Positions 27,681 through 39,722 of a DNA stretch of 64,000 bases are shown one piece after another (positions within the stretch are counted from its first letter, which is position 1; every line of letters starts with the position of its first letter). The notes beneath the pieces were generated by a model that was given only the letters and a program-made list of their open reading frames with translations, made no database searches and was not told where the DNA came from. Origin of the DNA: Candidatus Multivoradales bacterium (GTDB taxonomy: Bacteria; Acidobacteriota; Thermoanaerobaculia; Multivoradales; JAHEKO01); the NCBI GenBank assembly GCA_965223155.1, contig CBDCVR010000014.1, positions 544,001 through 608,000 of the forward strand, given 5' to 3'. The position numbers were made by a program, and so were the translations under genes.

Positions 27681-29051
27681 GAGCTATGGTCGAAAGTTGT
27701 GTATGAGTTGAGATGAAGGCGGCGTATCCTGAGTCCGGTTTTCCAAATCGGATTCAAACCCTCAAAGAAGGAGGATACGCCTTGAGCAAGAGTAACGTAG
27801 TTTCGATTGACCGATCAGAGAGTTCGAGAGATGCCTTGACCGAAGTGCTTCGCCGCGGCTCACGCGAGTTGCTTCGCGAAGCGATCGAAGCCGAGGTCGA
27901 GAGCTTCCTGGCCGAGTACCGAGGCGAGCAAACGGAAGATGGCCGGCGCCGCATGGTTCGCAACGGCTACCTGCGCGAGCGTGAGATCCAGACGGGAATC
28001 GGAGGTGTGCCGGTGAAGGTGCCTCGGGTTCGGGATCGTGAAGGTGAGTTGGTCTTTCGCTCGAAGATCGCGCCTCCGTATCTCAGACGGGCCAAGAGCG
28101 TCGAGGAGCTGCTGCCGTGGCTCTATCTGCGCGGCATCTCCACCGGAGATTTCTCCGATGCCCTGGAAGCTCTGGTAGGCCCCGACGCCCCGGGGTTGTC
28201 AGCCGCGACGATCAGCCGTCTGAAGAAAGTCTGGGCCAAGGAGTACACCGACTGGCGCACCCGGGACTTGTCCTCCAAGCGCTACGTCTACGTGTGGGCG
28301 GATGGGATCCATACCAAGGCTCGTCTGGACGACGCGAAGCTGTGCCTGCTGGTACTGATTGGCGCCACCGAGGACGGCACCAAGGAGCTCATCGCCGTCG
28401 AAGACGGCTACCGCGAGAGCGAGGCTTCCTGGCTCGAGCTCTTGCGTGGACTCGAAGCGCGAGGGCTTGCCATCGAGCCGAAGCTGGCGACCGGTGACGG
28501 CGCTCTGGGCTTCTGGAAGGCCCTGGCTCAGGTCTGGAGCAACACCAAGACCCAGCGTTGCTGGGTCCACAAGACCGGCAACGTCTTGAACAAGATGCCC
28601 AAGGCCGTCCAGCCAAAGGCCAAGCAGGCGCTGCACCAGGTCTGGATGGCCGAAACGCGCGAGGCTGCCGAGCGAGCCTTCGATGCCTTCCTGTCGACCT
28701 ACGGGGCCAAGTACCCGAAGGCGACGCGTTGCCTGGCCAAGGATCGCAAGGTCCTGCTGACCTTCTACGATTTCCCGGCCGAGCATTGGGTCCATCTCAG
28801 GACCACGAACCCGATCGAGTCGACCTTTGCCACCGTACGCCTTCGAACGGCCAAGACCCGTGGTTGTCTCTCCCGCGAGACCATGCTCTCGATGGTCTTC
28901 AAGCTGAGCCAGAGTGCCGAGAAACGATGGCGGCGGCTACAGGGCTACAAGCGAATCGCCGACGTTGTCCGAGGTGTCAAATTCGTTGATGGAGAACCCA
29001 AGAACCGGATCGCCGCCTGAGTCACCCGTACACAACATTTGACGATAACTC
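27681..29051 (+). mobile_element. IS256-family element with 9-bp target site duplication
   Basis: Imperfect terminal IRs GAGCTATGGTCGAAAGTTGTGTA vs GAGTTATCGTCAAATGTTGTGTA (reverse complement of right end); TCCCGCGAG at 27672-27680 and 29052-29060. Confidence 0.95.
27782..29020 (+). CDS. IS256 (Mutator-type) DDE transposase
   Basis: RNGY, LYLRGIST, WADG, TGDGALGF, QRCWVHK and RTTNPIES motifs; TTG start after GGAGG. Confidence 0.97.
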   Translation: MSKSNVVSIDRSESSRDALTEVLRRGSRELLREAIEAEVESFLAEYRGEQTEDGRRRMVRNGYLREREIQTGIGGVPVKVPRVRDREGELVFRSKIAPPYLRRAKSVEELLPWLYLRGISTGDFSDALEALVGPDAPGLSAATISRLKKVWAKEYTDWRTRDLSSKRYVYVWADGIHTKARLDDAKLCLLVLIGATEDGTKELIAVEDGYRESEASWLELLRGLEARGLAIEPKLATGDGALGFWKALAQVWSNTKTQRCWVHKTGNVLNKMPKAVQPKAKQALHQVWMAETREAAERAFDAFLSTYGAKYPKATRCLAKDRKVLLTFYDFPAEHWVHLRTTNPIESTFATVRLRTAKTRGCLSRETMLSMVFKLSQSAEKRWRRLQGYKRIADVVRGVKFVDGEPKNRIAA

Positions 29052-30039
29052 TCCCGCGAGCCAAGACCCACCATAGGCCAGGACTGCAGTCATACAAGGC
29101 CAAGTAAGAACAACCGCACCTCCGACTATACATACATTGAGGGCTGTACCAACGGCCGCAGCTAGAAGCAAGACAGCTCCGGCGCAAATCGCCCCATCTC
29201 CGACGCATCCAACTCGTGCGATCTCTTCGTTGAACAGCGCAAGCCCAGACCAAAATTCCTGTGACTTGCGCTCCGAAAGATCTGCCAGCAACAACTCTGC
29301 GAATCGATAGTCCGCTTCGGTGAACGCCGGGTTGCCTCCAAAGGCCAGCTGACTCGGCCTGTTACCGATCGGGATCCATTCTTCGCCAGCCGCACCGCGG
29401 AGGCCCACGCTCGTTGGAGGCCCAAGCGGTCCCTGCTCGACGAACATCATCACGCCGTCACCGAACTGGAGTGCCATCCCATTGTGGATCGCCCAGTACC
29501 TCAACTCCAGAGACTCGCCCCAGGGACTGTTGATAACCATCGCTCCACCTCGGTGATGATGCTCGCGATGCTGGTACACCCCGTTCGCGGCTCGCATCTC
29601 AAATCCATTGGCTGCGCTCATTCGATGTGTCGGCCCGACGATGTTTCGTAAGCCTTGGGATTCCCAGATTGCCATCCTATGGTCTGCGGCAGGAGTCTCG
29701 TCCGACCTGCCCGCGGCCGATGCGCTTTCCATCCAAAGCGGCAAGAAAACAACGTACGCGGCTAGGGCTCGCGCCAAGATTCGCTTGATTTGTAGAGACA
29801 TACCACTCCTCCTCCTTGGACCAGGTCAACAGACCTGGCTGGTTCTACTTATCTAATTTCCGGAGCGGCAGACTTTCTGACAAGGAATTTGCATACGGTT
29901 CTTCTTTCGCGGTTGTAGATCGCCTTGCTCGGGCCAACGAGGGCTGTCGGTCCTTCCCTCTCAAGTGGCCCGTGGGAGAGGGGAGAGAGTTCAGCTGATG
30001 CTGGTGGGGCGTTCGCCCCGGCAGCCGTAGAATCGGGCC

Positions 30040-30366
30040 ATGAGACTCAAGCGCTCGCGGCTCACCGCAGCCACATCGCAAGCAGCCCTTGGAGTCGCAC
30101 TGCTCTACCTCGCCCTCTTGGTACTGGTCTTCGTATACCTGATTCCTTCCGACTCGTTGACTTGGGGCCAAGAGGCGCCAACTGCGCTCCAGCAACGCGC
30201 AGCACTCGATGTCTTGAGAGATCGTTCGGCTGTCACCACGGCACTGTTGATTGCATACCTCTGGCTCTCGGGACACGCAACTCGTCAACGAAGAGTTCTA
30301 ACGATGCTCTTGGTTTCCCTCAGCCTCGCTACTGGGCATCTTCTCCTGATGTCCGAGCTGGGCTAG
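30040..30366 (+). CDS. Small hypothetical membrane protein
   Basis: 108 aa with three hydrophobic segments. Confidence 0.45.
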   Translation: MRLKRSRLTAATSQAALGVALLYLALLVLVFVYLIPSDSLTWGQEAPTALQQRAALDVLRDRSAVTTALLIAYLWLSGHATRQRRVLTMLLVSLSLATGHLLLMSELG

Positions 30367-30409
30367 CAGCTAGCCCAGCTCGGCACCTTGTGCCTGGGGG
30401 TTAGGTCTT

Positions 30410-30439
30410 GCAGGATGAGTATCCTGTCACCGCTTCTGC
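30410..30439 (-). repeat. REP-like repeat copy
   Basis: GTATCCTGTCACC core (30419-30431) inside a GCAG/CTGC stem; between convergent genes. Confidence 0.65.
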
Positions 30440-30506
30440 CCACCTTGCTGTACTGGCTCAGTGCCTGTTCTGAAGCTCCGAGTATAGGTTCCTCTCAGGG
30501 GGGCGT

Positions 30507-30846
30507 TCAGCCTGAGATCGCACGCCCCACCTCTTCCGTAGAGCCGCCGAGGGCCAGGACTGATCGAGCCAGCTGATCGAGCGTGGCCTGGCCATTCTCC
30601 AGCTTCGACACTCGTCCCTGGCTGGTCTTCAGGATCTTGGCGACCCGCGCGGAGTTGGGAGAGCTTCTTCTTCAGGCGGTGGGAGAGCTTCTTCTTCAGG
30701 CGGTGAGCCTTGAGCTCCTCGCCCAAACGGATCTTCATGTCGATGACGGCGATTTCCTCGGGCGTGAGGTCGAGCCACTCCTCGACCGTCGTCACCCTCC
30801 CGCCCATCGCCTTGATTCGAGCCTTCTTCTTAGCACTTAGGGGCAT
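30507..30846 (-). pseudogene. HigA-like XRE-HTH antitoxin, frameshifted
   Basis: 24-bp tandem duplication (30656-30703) plus an apparent 4-bp extra insertion. The HTH ARVAKILKTSQGRVSKLENG lies in a shifted frame ending TGA at 30507. Confidence 0.75.
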
Positions 30847-30858
30847 CGCTCACCTCTA

Positions 30859-31182
30859 TCAGTCCGTGTCGTACTCGCGGAGCAGTCTTCGAGCTTGGTC
30901 GATCACGCGCCTTGGCGTCCTGCTTGTCTTCTTGCTGAACACTCCGACCACGAGGATTGCATCTGCGTCCGTTCGGTAGATCACCCGCCAGGTCTGGCCC
31001 GCGTCGTTCACCCGCAACTCGTGGCAACGTCTTCCGATTGACGGCATAGGGCGCGAATGGGGCATCCCGACCCTCAAACCCTGCTGGAGCTGCCGAATCA
31101 AGAAGCCGATCTCGCGGCGTGCGTCGTTGGAGATTGGAGGCGTCTGGATTTCACCGTTCAGAACAACAAGAGGCTTGTCCAC
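30859..31182 (-). CDS. RelE/HigB (Gp49-like) toxin
   Basis: MPHSRPMPSIG..CHELRV...WRVIYR...FSKKT motifs; toxin upstream of HTH antitoxin. Confidence 0.9.
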   Translation of the reverse strand: MDKPLVVLNGEIQTPPISNDARREIGFLIRQLQQGLRVGMPHSRPMPSIGRRCHELRVNDAGQTWRVIYRTDADAILVVGVFSKKTSRTPRRVIDQARRLLREYDTD

Positions 31183-31208
31183 GTGCTCCCTCCCATTGCT
31201 AAGTCATC

Positions 31209-31249
31209 ATGCCCGATTCGGCATTGCGGCGTCAAGCCCAATCGGGCAT
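31209..31249 (-). promoter_or_regulatory. Promoter/operator of the HigBA-like operon
   Basis: Inverted repeat ATGCCCGATT/AATCGGGCAT straddling a minus-strand TTGACG -35 box. Confidence 0.55.
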
Positions 31250-31308
31250 ATATCGTGGCGCCTTCGTCCGTCTAGACACCGTGATTTCAACCTACCGCGG
31301 TCGACCCC

Positions 31309-33876
<2,568 letters not shown>

Positions 33877-33880
<4 letters not shown>

Positions 33881-34302
33881 TCTCGAATCTCCAGACCGCC
33901 CAGGATCTTCTCGCGTTCGGCCTTGGTCGGCATCGAGCCCAGCGCCTCGGGCGGGACACGGTCCCAGACGGCCTCTTCGAAAAACCGCTCGAGGGCCTCT
34001 CGCCGAGCCGTCCGCGATTGCGGGACGGGCGCCTCCCCGAGAACCGAAGCAGTGGAGTGCCCAACTCGGTACTCGACGCCGTCCTCGGAGATCTCCCCGT
34101 CCGGATCGGCCGAATCGTTCGGCCTGCTTGACGCCGGGCCCGTTCCCCGCCGCGGCAACCCCGGGCGTTCGAGTGGCCCGAGGCGGGCGACCTCCCGGCC
34201 GTGCCGGGTCAAGACGACCCAGCCGCCGCGCTCGGCCAGACGAACGCATTCCGCGAAACGAGCCTTGGCCCGTGCAATCGAAAGTCGCTTCACGGCACCC
34301 AT
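33877..34302 (-). CDS. Phd/YefM-type antitoxin with VapB-like C-terminus
   Basis: SIARAKARFAECVRLAERG..VVLTRHGREVARL; ATGA overlap with the toxin gene. Confidence 0.8.
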
Positions 34303-34303
34303 T

Positions 34304-34738
34304 GTGACCTATCTGGTCAGAAGGGTCAAAATCGACCCGCGCCGCACCCGCCGCCGAAGTCCCTGCTCGGCCGGGCCGCGCTACACTGAGGCCATCCGGA
34401 TCTCGGACGTCGTGGAGGACATCGGCTACAGCCAGCGGCACGTCCGCAACCTCTTCCGACGCTGGGTGGGGCTCTCGCCCAAGGAGTTCGGGAGCCTGCG
34501 GCGGTTTCAACAAGTTCTGGCGACACTTGCCCGCGAGACCGCGCAGGACGACCCTACGGCCGCTCTCGAACTTCGCGGAGAGCGCCTGAGCGAGCCGAAC
34601 TGGGCCGAGGTTGCCGCCGATCACGGCTACTACGACCAGTCTCACCTGATCCACGACTTTCGGCGCTACGCCGGCATGACGCCCGGCACCTACGCCGAAT
34701 CGTTCCGCGGTCTCGAGAACTATCTGCCCCTGGACTGA
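34304..34738 (+). pseudogene. AraC-family HTH C-terminal fragment
   Basis: FRRWVGLSPK and WAEVAADHGYYDQSHLIHDFRRYAGMTP; the N-terminal domain is missing and the TA module lies in its place. Confidence 0.7.
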
Positions 34739-34845
34739 GTTCCGTTTTTTCCAAGACGGACGGGTCTGCGACCTTCTAGGCTGCCGCCCGAACCCTGGGC
34801 GGCCAGGCATGCCGGGCCGCTCAACGAAAAGGATCGGAGGCCTTC

Positions 34846-35253
34846 ATGAACATGGATCTCTTCAACATCTGGGCGGTTCTTGCGGCCGCGGTCGTCAACT
34901 TCGTCATCGGCGGCCTGTGGTACTCGCCGGGACTCTTCGGCAAGGTATGGATGCAAGCCAACGGCTTCTCGGAAGACGACCTCAAGAAAGGGTCGCCAGC
35001 GCTCATCTTCGGCGTGTCGTTTCTCTTCTGCCTCGTCATGGCCGCCAACCTCGGGGTCTTCCTGGCCGATGAGAGCACGACGATGGCTTTCGGCGTCTTC
35101 GCCGGCGTCGCCGCCGGGCTGGGGTGGGCAGCGATGGGGGTGGGGGTGGTGGCGCTCTTCGAACGCCGACCCTGGCGTTACCTGCTGGTCAACGGCGGCT
35201 ACCTGACCGTGGCCTTCGCCGCCATGGGCGCTATCCTCGGCGCTTGGAGGTAG
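34846..35253 (+). CDS. DUF1761 family membrane protein
   Basis: GGLWYSPGLFGKVW and LVNGGY motifs; four TM segments. Confidence 0.85.
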   Translation: MNMDLFNIWAVLAAAVVNFVIGGLWYSPGLFGKVWMQANGFSEDDLKKGSPALIFGVSFLFCLVMAANLGVFLADESTTMAFGVFAGVAAGLGWAAMGVGVVALFERRPWRYLLVNGGYLTVAFAAMGAILGAWR

Positions 35254-35256
35254 GCC

Positions 35257-36279
35257 ATGACGGTAGATCCAAGACTCTGGGCGTCTCTGGTTGTGACCTT
35301 GGCCGCCGGATTCTGCGTCGGCGGCTGCCAGCCGGAACCCCAACGAGCAGGAACGAGGGCGGCGCCCGACAGCTCCCGGGGGGAACCCATGGCGCCGGCC
35401 GCCCGTCCGCAGTTACTCGTCGCCTACAACCTGCTTCACGACGCCGAGGCGGACGACTACGAGGTCTTCGTGATGGAGTTGGACGGTTCCGGCCAGCGCA
35501 ACGTATCGAATGACCCCGGAGTCGACTGGGTCTACTCGGCATGGCGCGACCGGCTCTTGATGGTCACGGACCGCGAGCGAGAGCGACGCAAGTTTGGCCT
35601 CTACCAGCTTCGACTAGACGGTACAAATCCCTCCGCCGTGACCGAGTTCGAAGTTCGGGACTCCTGGGTGGGGGTGGGCTCGGACGGCGAGCTCGTAGTC
35701 GCCTCGGACAAGGACGGAACACCGGACCTCTATCTCATCGACCTTGAGGGAACGCAGATCCGGAGACTCACCGACGACCCCGAGTACGACAACGACCCGG
35801 CCCTTTCTCCCGATGGCGGCCAGGTCGTCTGGCGATCGAGGCGGAGCGGTCTCGACGAGCTGTGGGTGATGGATCTGGCCTCGGGCGTGAGGCGTCAACT
35901 AACCCACTACCCCGATGACGATCCCGCACGCGAGGAATACGGCTACCATGCGGGCCCGCCCCGCTGGGAGGCAAGCCGCAACCTCATCACGTTCTCCTCG
36001 AAACGGGAGGGGTGCCACTCCCTCTACTCGATCCGTCCCGACGGCAGCGGCCTCGAGCGACTGACGGGCGAGCACGACCAGATCTACCACTCGTGGTCGC
36101 CCGACGGCCGGTACCTGGCCTTCGACGGCACCGATGGCGAAGGCAACTACGACATCTATCTGCGGGACATGGAGACGGGCACGACCACGCGTCTGACCGA
36201 CTCACCCAAGATGGAACAGGGACCGGTCTTCGTTCTGCGGCCGGGCGCGCCTGCGGCGATCGGTACAAGCCACCGCTAG
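35257..36279 (+). CDS. TolB-like PD40 beta-propeller lipoprotein
   Basis: VGGC lipobox; PALSPDG and WSPDGR repeats. Confidence 0.85.
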   Translation: MTVDPRLWASLVVTLAAGFCVGGCQPEPQRAGTRAAPDSSRGEPMAPAARPQLLVAYNLLHDAEADDYEVFVMELDGSGQRNVSNDPGVDWVYSAWRDRLLMVTDRERERRKFGLYQLRLDGTNPSAVTEFEVRDSWVGVGSDGELVVASDKDGTPDLYLIDLEGTQIRRLTDDPEYDNDPALSPDGGQVVWRSRRSGLDELWVMDLASGVRRQLTHYPDDDPAREEYGYHAGPPRWEASRNLITFSSKREGCHSLYSIRPDGSGLERLTGEHDQIYHSWSPDGRYLAFDGTDGEGNYDIYLRDMETGTTTRLTDSPKMEQGPVFVLRPGAPAAIGTSHR

Positions 36280-36403
36280 ACCTTCGAGGGAACCCATTGC
36301 CCTTTCACGAACCGGCGGGTTCGCGCCGACCACCAAAAGGCGCCATCCCAGTCCGAACTCGAGCGGTGACGGATTCGGGCGCTCGACACCCCCAAGCCGA
36401 ACA

Positions 36404-38161
36404 CTACTCCTCCACGTTCCTGGCTTGCTCGACCAGGAGTTCAAAGAAGGGATCGTCAAGCCGTTCGGCCGGCAAGTCGATCGCGTTCTGGATGGCCAGC
36501 GCCTCGGCGAGATCCCAAGGCGCGTCCCGCGCCCAGACCGCGACGTCCGTCGATTGGTCCGGCGTCAGCTTGCGATGATGTGTCCGGAAAGCGGCAGGGG
36601 GCGCGTTCAAGAACTCGCCCAAAGCGCGGTGGTACGCATGTCGCGATTCACCGTCGGGCTCCCGTTCGTACAGGACATAGTCGACCGTCATGAGATGGGA
36701 CAGCCGAAGGTGCGGCGCGAGTAAGGACTGCTTGAGCCAGCGCAGGCCGGCGACGTCCGCACCGGCAACTCGATCCCGAGGCAGAGTGGAGACGAGCAGG
36801 ACGGCCGCCTGTTCCATGTCGCGACGCTCCCGATCCTCCTGGATCAGCCGGAGCGCGAATTCGAAGTTCCGTATCCGGGCCTGCGCTTTGGCACCCGGCT
36901 CTCCCCTCCCTACGGCGGGTCCCAAGCCCAGGGCGCGAAATATCCGGTGCGGCCGTTCGGAGCTGGCACGGTAGACCAACAGGAACGTCTCATCGACACC
37001 TGCCTCGGCACCCCATGTGACGTAGGCGTAGTTGAAGCCACCGATGGCGAGACAGCCGACCGTCCCCCACGCGGCCAGCCGCCGGCTCGACAGGCGGCGG
37101 ATCGACAGGGAAATCAAAAGCGCGAGCGCCGCCAAGATCATCGCACCTCGCGCCCAAGCTAGGGTTACCTGGAACGAGAGAACGGCAAACCCAATCAGGA
37201 CGAAGGCGGACAGAAAGACCGGCAGGAGGCTCCGCGAGACCAGGCCGCGCAGGATCGACCAGCCGGCTACGACAGTCATCGGCAGGGAGAGGGTGACGGG
37301 CAAGCTCAGCCAGTACCAAAGAGCCGGCGGTAGGTTCCGATGCCCGAGGGTCACCCGCGGGCGTCCGAGCACCGAAACGAACTCTGCGCTTCCGAGCCAG
37401 TTGCCGAAGTCGAGTACGGCAGATCCCGGTCCCAGATACCACCATAAGACCGGAAACGCGCAGACCAAAGTCGCCGGGCCAAGGCCCCAGGCGGTCAGAG
37501 GCGTCCACCATCGGAACGATTTCTGAGGCTTGGAGCTCGGGCCTTTACTCTGGCCGTTGCGGGCTAGAGCGACGACCACGGGCGCCGCGAGTGTCGGGAG
37601 TCCGAAGACGAAGAGATACGAGGGATGGAGCAAGACTCCGACCGCGTGCGTCGCCACCAGAAACCAGCCTGAGCGGCCCGAGGGTCGGGAAACGAAGCAA
37701 ACGAGCGCCAGTACACCCAGCGCGCTCCAGCAGAACGCTCCGTAGTAGGGACTGTAGGCGCGGGAGAGATGAACCGCGGGCGGAAAGGTCGAAACCAGAG
37801 CGGCAGCGAGCAGCCCGACGCCATGGCCGCCGAATCGCCTGCCGGCAGCATGGATCCCGACAAGGAGAAGGGCCAGGAACGGCAAGTTGACGTAGCGCGC
37901 CGTGGAGTCAGCCTGCTTCCCCATCCAGAGGAAAGGAAGCGTCAGCAATTGGTAGGTGGGAGGCCTGCCGCTCAGGCTGAGTTGCTCAAGCGAGGGGTTC
38001 CCGGCCCGAAGATGCTCGTCGAAGACGACGAGCTCGCTCAAGTAGGCGCGGCTGTTCGGAGCCCGAACGACGTGCTCGGAGGTCTTCACCCACCAGATAT
38101 TGACGAGTGCCTGGCCGACGAAAAGGCCGCAGAGCAACAAAGCTGCGGTGCGGCCGTTCAT
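36404..38161 (-). CDS. ArnT/PMT-like (GT-C) membrane glycosyltransferase
   Basis: RPPTY...ARYVN...GLLAAALV pattern; many TM helices. Start uncertain. Confidence 0.7.
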   Translation of the reverse strand: MNGRTAALLLCGLFVGQALVNIWWVKTSEHVVRAPNSRAYLSELVVFDEHLRAGNPSLEQLSLSGRPPTYQLLTLPFLWMGKQADSTARYVNLPFLALLLVGIHAAGRRFGGHGVGLLAAALVSTFPPAVHLSRAYSPYYGAFCWSALGVLALVCFVSRPSGRSGWFLVATHAVGVLLHPSYLFVFGLPTLAAPVVVALARNGQSKGPSSKPQKSFRWWTPLTAWGLGPATLVCAFPVLWWYLGPGSAVLDFGNWLGSAEFVSVLGRPRVTLGHRNLPPALWYWLSLPVTLSLPMTVVAGWSILRGLVSRSLLPVFLSAFVLIGFAVLSFQVTLAWARGAMILAALALLISLSIRRLSSRRLAAWGTVGCLAIGGFNYAYVTWGAEAGVDETFLLVYRASSERPHRIFRALGLGPAVGRGEPGAKAQARIRNFEFALRLIQEDRERRDMEQAAVLLVSTLPRDRVAGADVAGLRWLKQSLLAPHLRLSHLMTVDYVLYEREPDGESRHAYHRALGEFLNAPPAAFRTHHRKLTPDQSTDVAVWARDAPWDLAEALAIQNAIDLPAERLDDPFFELLVEQARNVEE

Positions 38162-38207
38162 CGGTTCTTTCCCCATCGAGATGCTAGCATCCGCGCTTCG
38201 AATCGAG

Positions 38208-39539
38208 ATGTCCAACGCAAGGCGAAGACGGCTCCGTACCTCGGGTGTCGCAGTCGGCGGCGCCGTCATCGCGCTGGCGGTTGGGTTCCTGCTGCAACAG
38301 ATGGCAACGGAGCCTCCGGAGGCCGATCCGGAAGCAGAATTGCGCCGGCTCAGAAGCCTGCCCTACGCCTCCGTCACCACGGCTTCGTCGGAGGCCGAGG
38401 GAGTCGTCATCCATCAAACCGGACGTGCTCAGCCCGGCCTCAACCTCTACTCGTCCCGGGTCGCCAACGAAGTCGTCCTCGAGACCCTGGAAGGACAGGT
38501 GGTGAAGCGATGGTCTTTCCCCGACGACGCCAGGAGGCAGCCCGCGGAGACGAACCAACGAGGACAGGACAAGGGCGTGGTCGTCACGGCCGCGCTCCTG
38601 GCCGACGGCACCCTGGTTGCCGTTCGCCGGCTGACCGACCTGACGAAGTTCGACGCCGACGGCGGAGTGCTCTGGCGGCGAGACCTGCCAGTGCATCACG
38701 AACTCGTAGATCTCGGCGACGGAACGCTGCTGACCTGGTCACGGAGAGTCGTGCCGTATCGGTCGATCGAGGTTATCGACCAGCCTCTGCTGCGGCTTCG
38801 CGCTTCGGATGGAACCGTGCTCGAGCAGTGGAATCCGAGCGACCATCTCGCCGAGCTCCGCAATCTCGTTGGGTCTCACTGGACGTTCGATGCGGCGCTC
38901 GACCGCCTAAACCAAGCGGGTGAACCAGCGGAGAACGAGCGGCGCCGCGGCGCGATCCGGATCAAGAACGACTCTCCGGTAGACCTCTTCCACGCCAATA
39001 CGATCTCGATCTTGCCCAAGAACACGCGCGAAGCCCGAGATCGCCGTTTCGCGGCCGGGGGCCTCCTTCTCTGCTTCCGCAACCTAGATCTACTGGTCAT
39101 CTTGGACTGGGCCACCAAAGAGCTCATCTGGCATTGGGGGCCGGGAGTTCTTTCGCGGCCGCACCATCCCACCTTCCTGGCCAACGGCAACGTCCTGGTC
39201 TTCGACAACGGTGTGGCTAGTAGACGGAGCCGGGTCCTCGAGGTCGACCCGGTCTCGGGTCGAATCCTATGGAGCTACGAAGGTGAATCCTCGGAGCGGC
39301 TTTTCTCGCGGACTATGGGCTGCGCCCAGCGACTTGCCAATGGCAACACCTTGATCTGTGAGTCGAATCGGGGCCGCGTGATCGAGGTCACCCCCGCGGG
39401 TGAGGTCGTCTGGGAGTGGCTGGGCCCGATCGTGTCCTCAGCCCAGGCGCGGAAAGTGCAGAAACAGCTCCGTGACCCCCCCTATCGCGAGATGATCTAT
39501 CGAATGGATCGGCTGCCGGTTTCCGTCGCCGACGGCTGA
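38208..39539 (+). CDS. Arylsulfotransferase (ASST)-family protein
   Basis: VHHE, FHANTI, HHP..L.NGNVLVFDNG, AQRLANGNTLI motifs; N-terminal TM. Confidence 0.85.
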   Translation: MSNARRRRLRTSGVAVGGAVIALAVGFLLQQMATEPPEADPEAELRRLRSLPYASVTTASSEAEGVVIHQTGRAQPGLNLYSSRVANEVVLETLEGQVVKRWSFPDDARRQPAETNQRGQDKGVVVTAALLADGTLVAVRRLTDLTKFDADGGVLWRRDLPVHHELVDLGDGTLLTWSRRVVPYRSIEVIDQPLLRLRASDGTVLEQWNPSDHLAELRNLVGSHWTFDAALDRLNQAGEPAENERRRGAIRIKNDSPVDLFHANTISILPKNTREARDRRFAAGGLLLCFRNLDLLVILDWATKELIWHWGPGVLSRPHHPTFLANGNVLVFDNGVASRRSRVLEVDPVSGRILWSYEGESSERLFSRTMGCAQRLANGNTLICESNRGRVIEVTPAGEVVWEWLGPIVSSAQARKVQKQLRDPPYREMIYRMDRLPVSVADG

Positions 39540-39722
39540 CTCTCTTGAGCGAACGCTGTCCGGCAAGCCAGATCGTCTCACTTGCGTTTGTAGAAAAAGG
39601 CCGCCATCGGCTGAATGGGCAGGGCACGCGGCCCAATCCGCCACAGGCCTGCCGGACGTCGGGCGCGCGCCGAGGAGGTCGGCTACGAGCCGCAACGGCT
39701 TCAGGTACTTGCAACGATCAGG

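Larger units (their letters stand above)
27567..29801 (-). pseudogene. Secreted Cys-rich precursor (284 aa when restored) interrupted by IS256
   Basis: 29801-29052 joins in frame across the target duplication to 27671-27567 (FGSCLNFVDNCMPAPP...GGAE*); AAGGAGG RBS; signal peptide. Confidence 0.8.

Noticed and set aside
17674-30439. CRISPR array
   Set aside because: The repeats are dispersed and inverted, with no regular spacers and no cas genes.
30427-30846. 139-aa intact antitoxin as given in the ORF track
   Set aside because: The C-terminal half is out-of-frame sequence after the frameshift; the true HTH is in another frame.
17674-31250. Integron cassette array
   Set aside because: No integron integrase, genes lie in mixed orientations, and the repeats lack attC R-box (RYYYAAC/GTTRRRY) structure.
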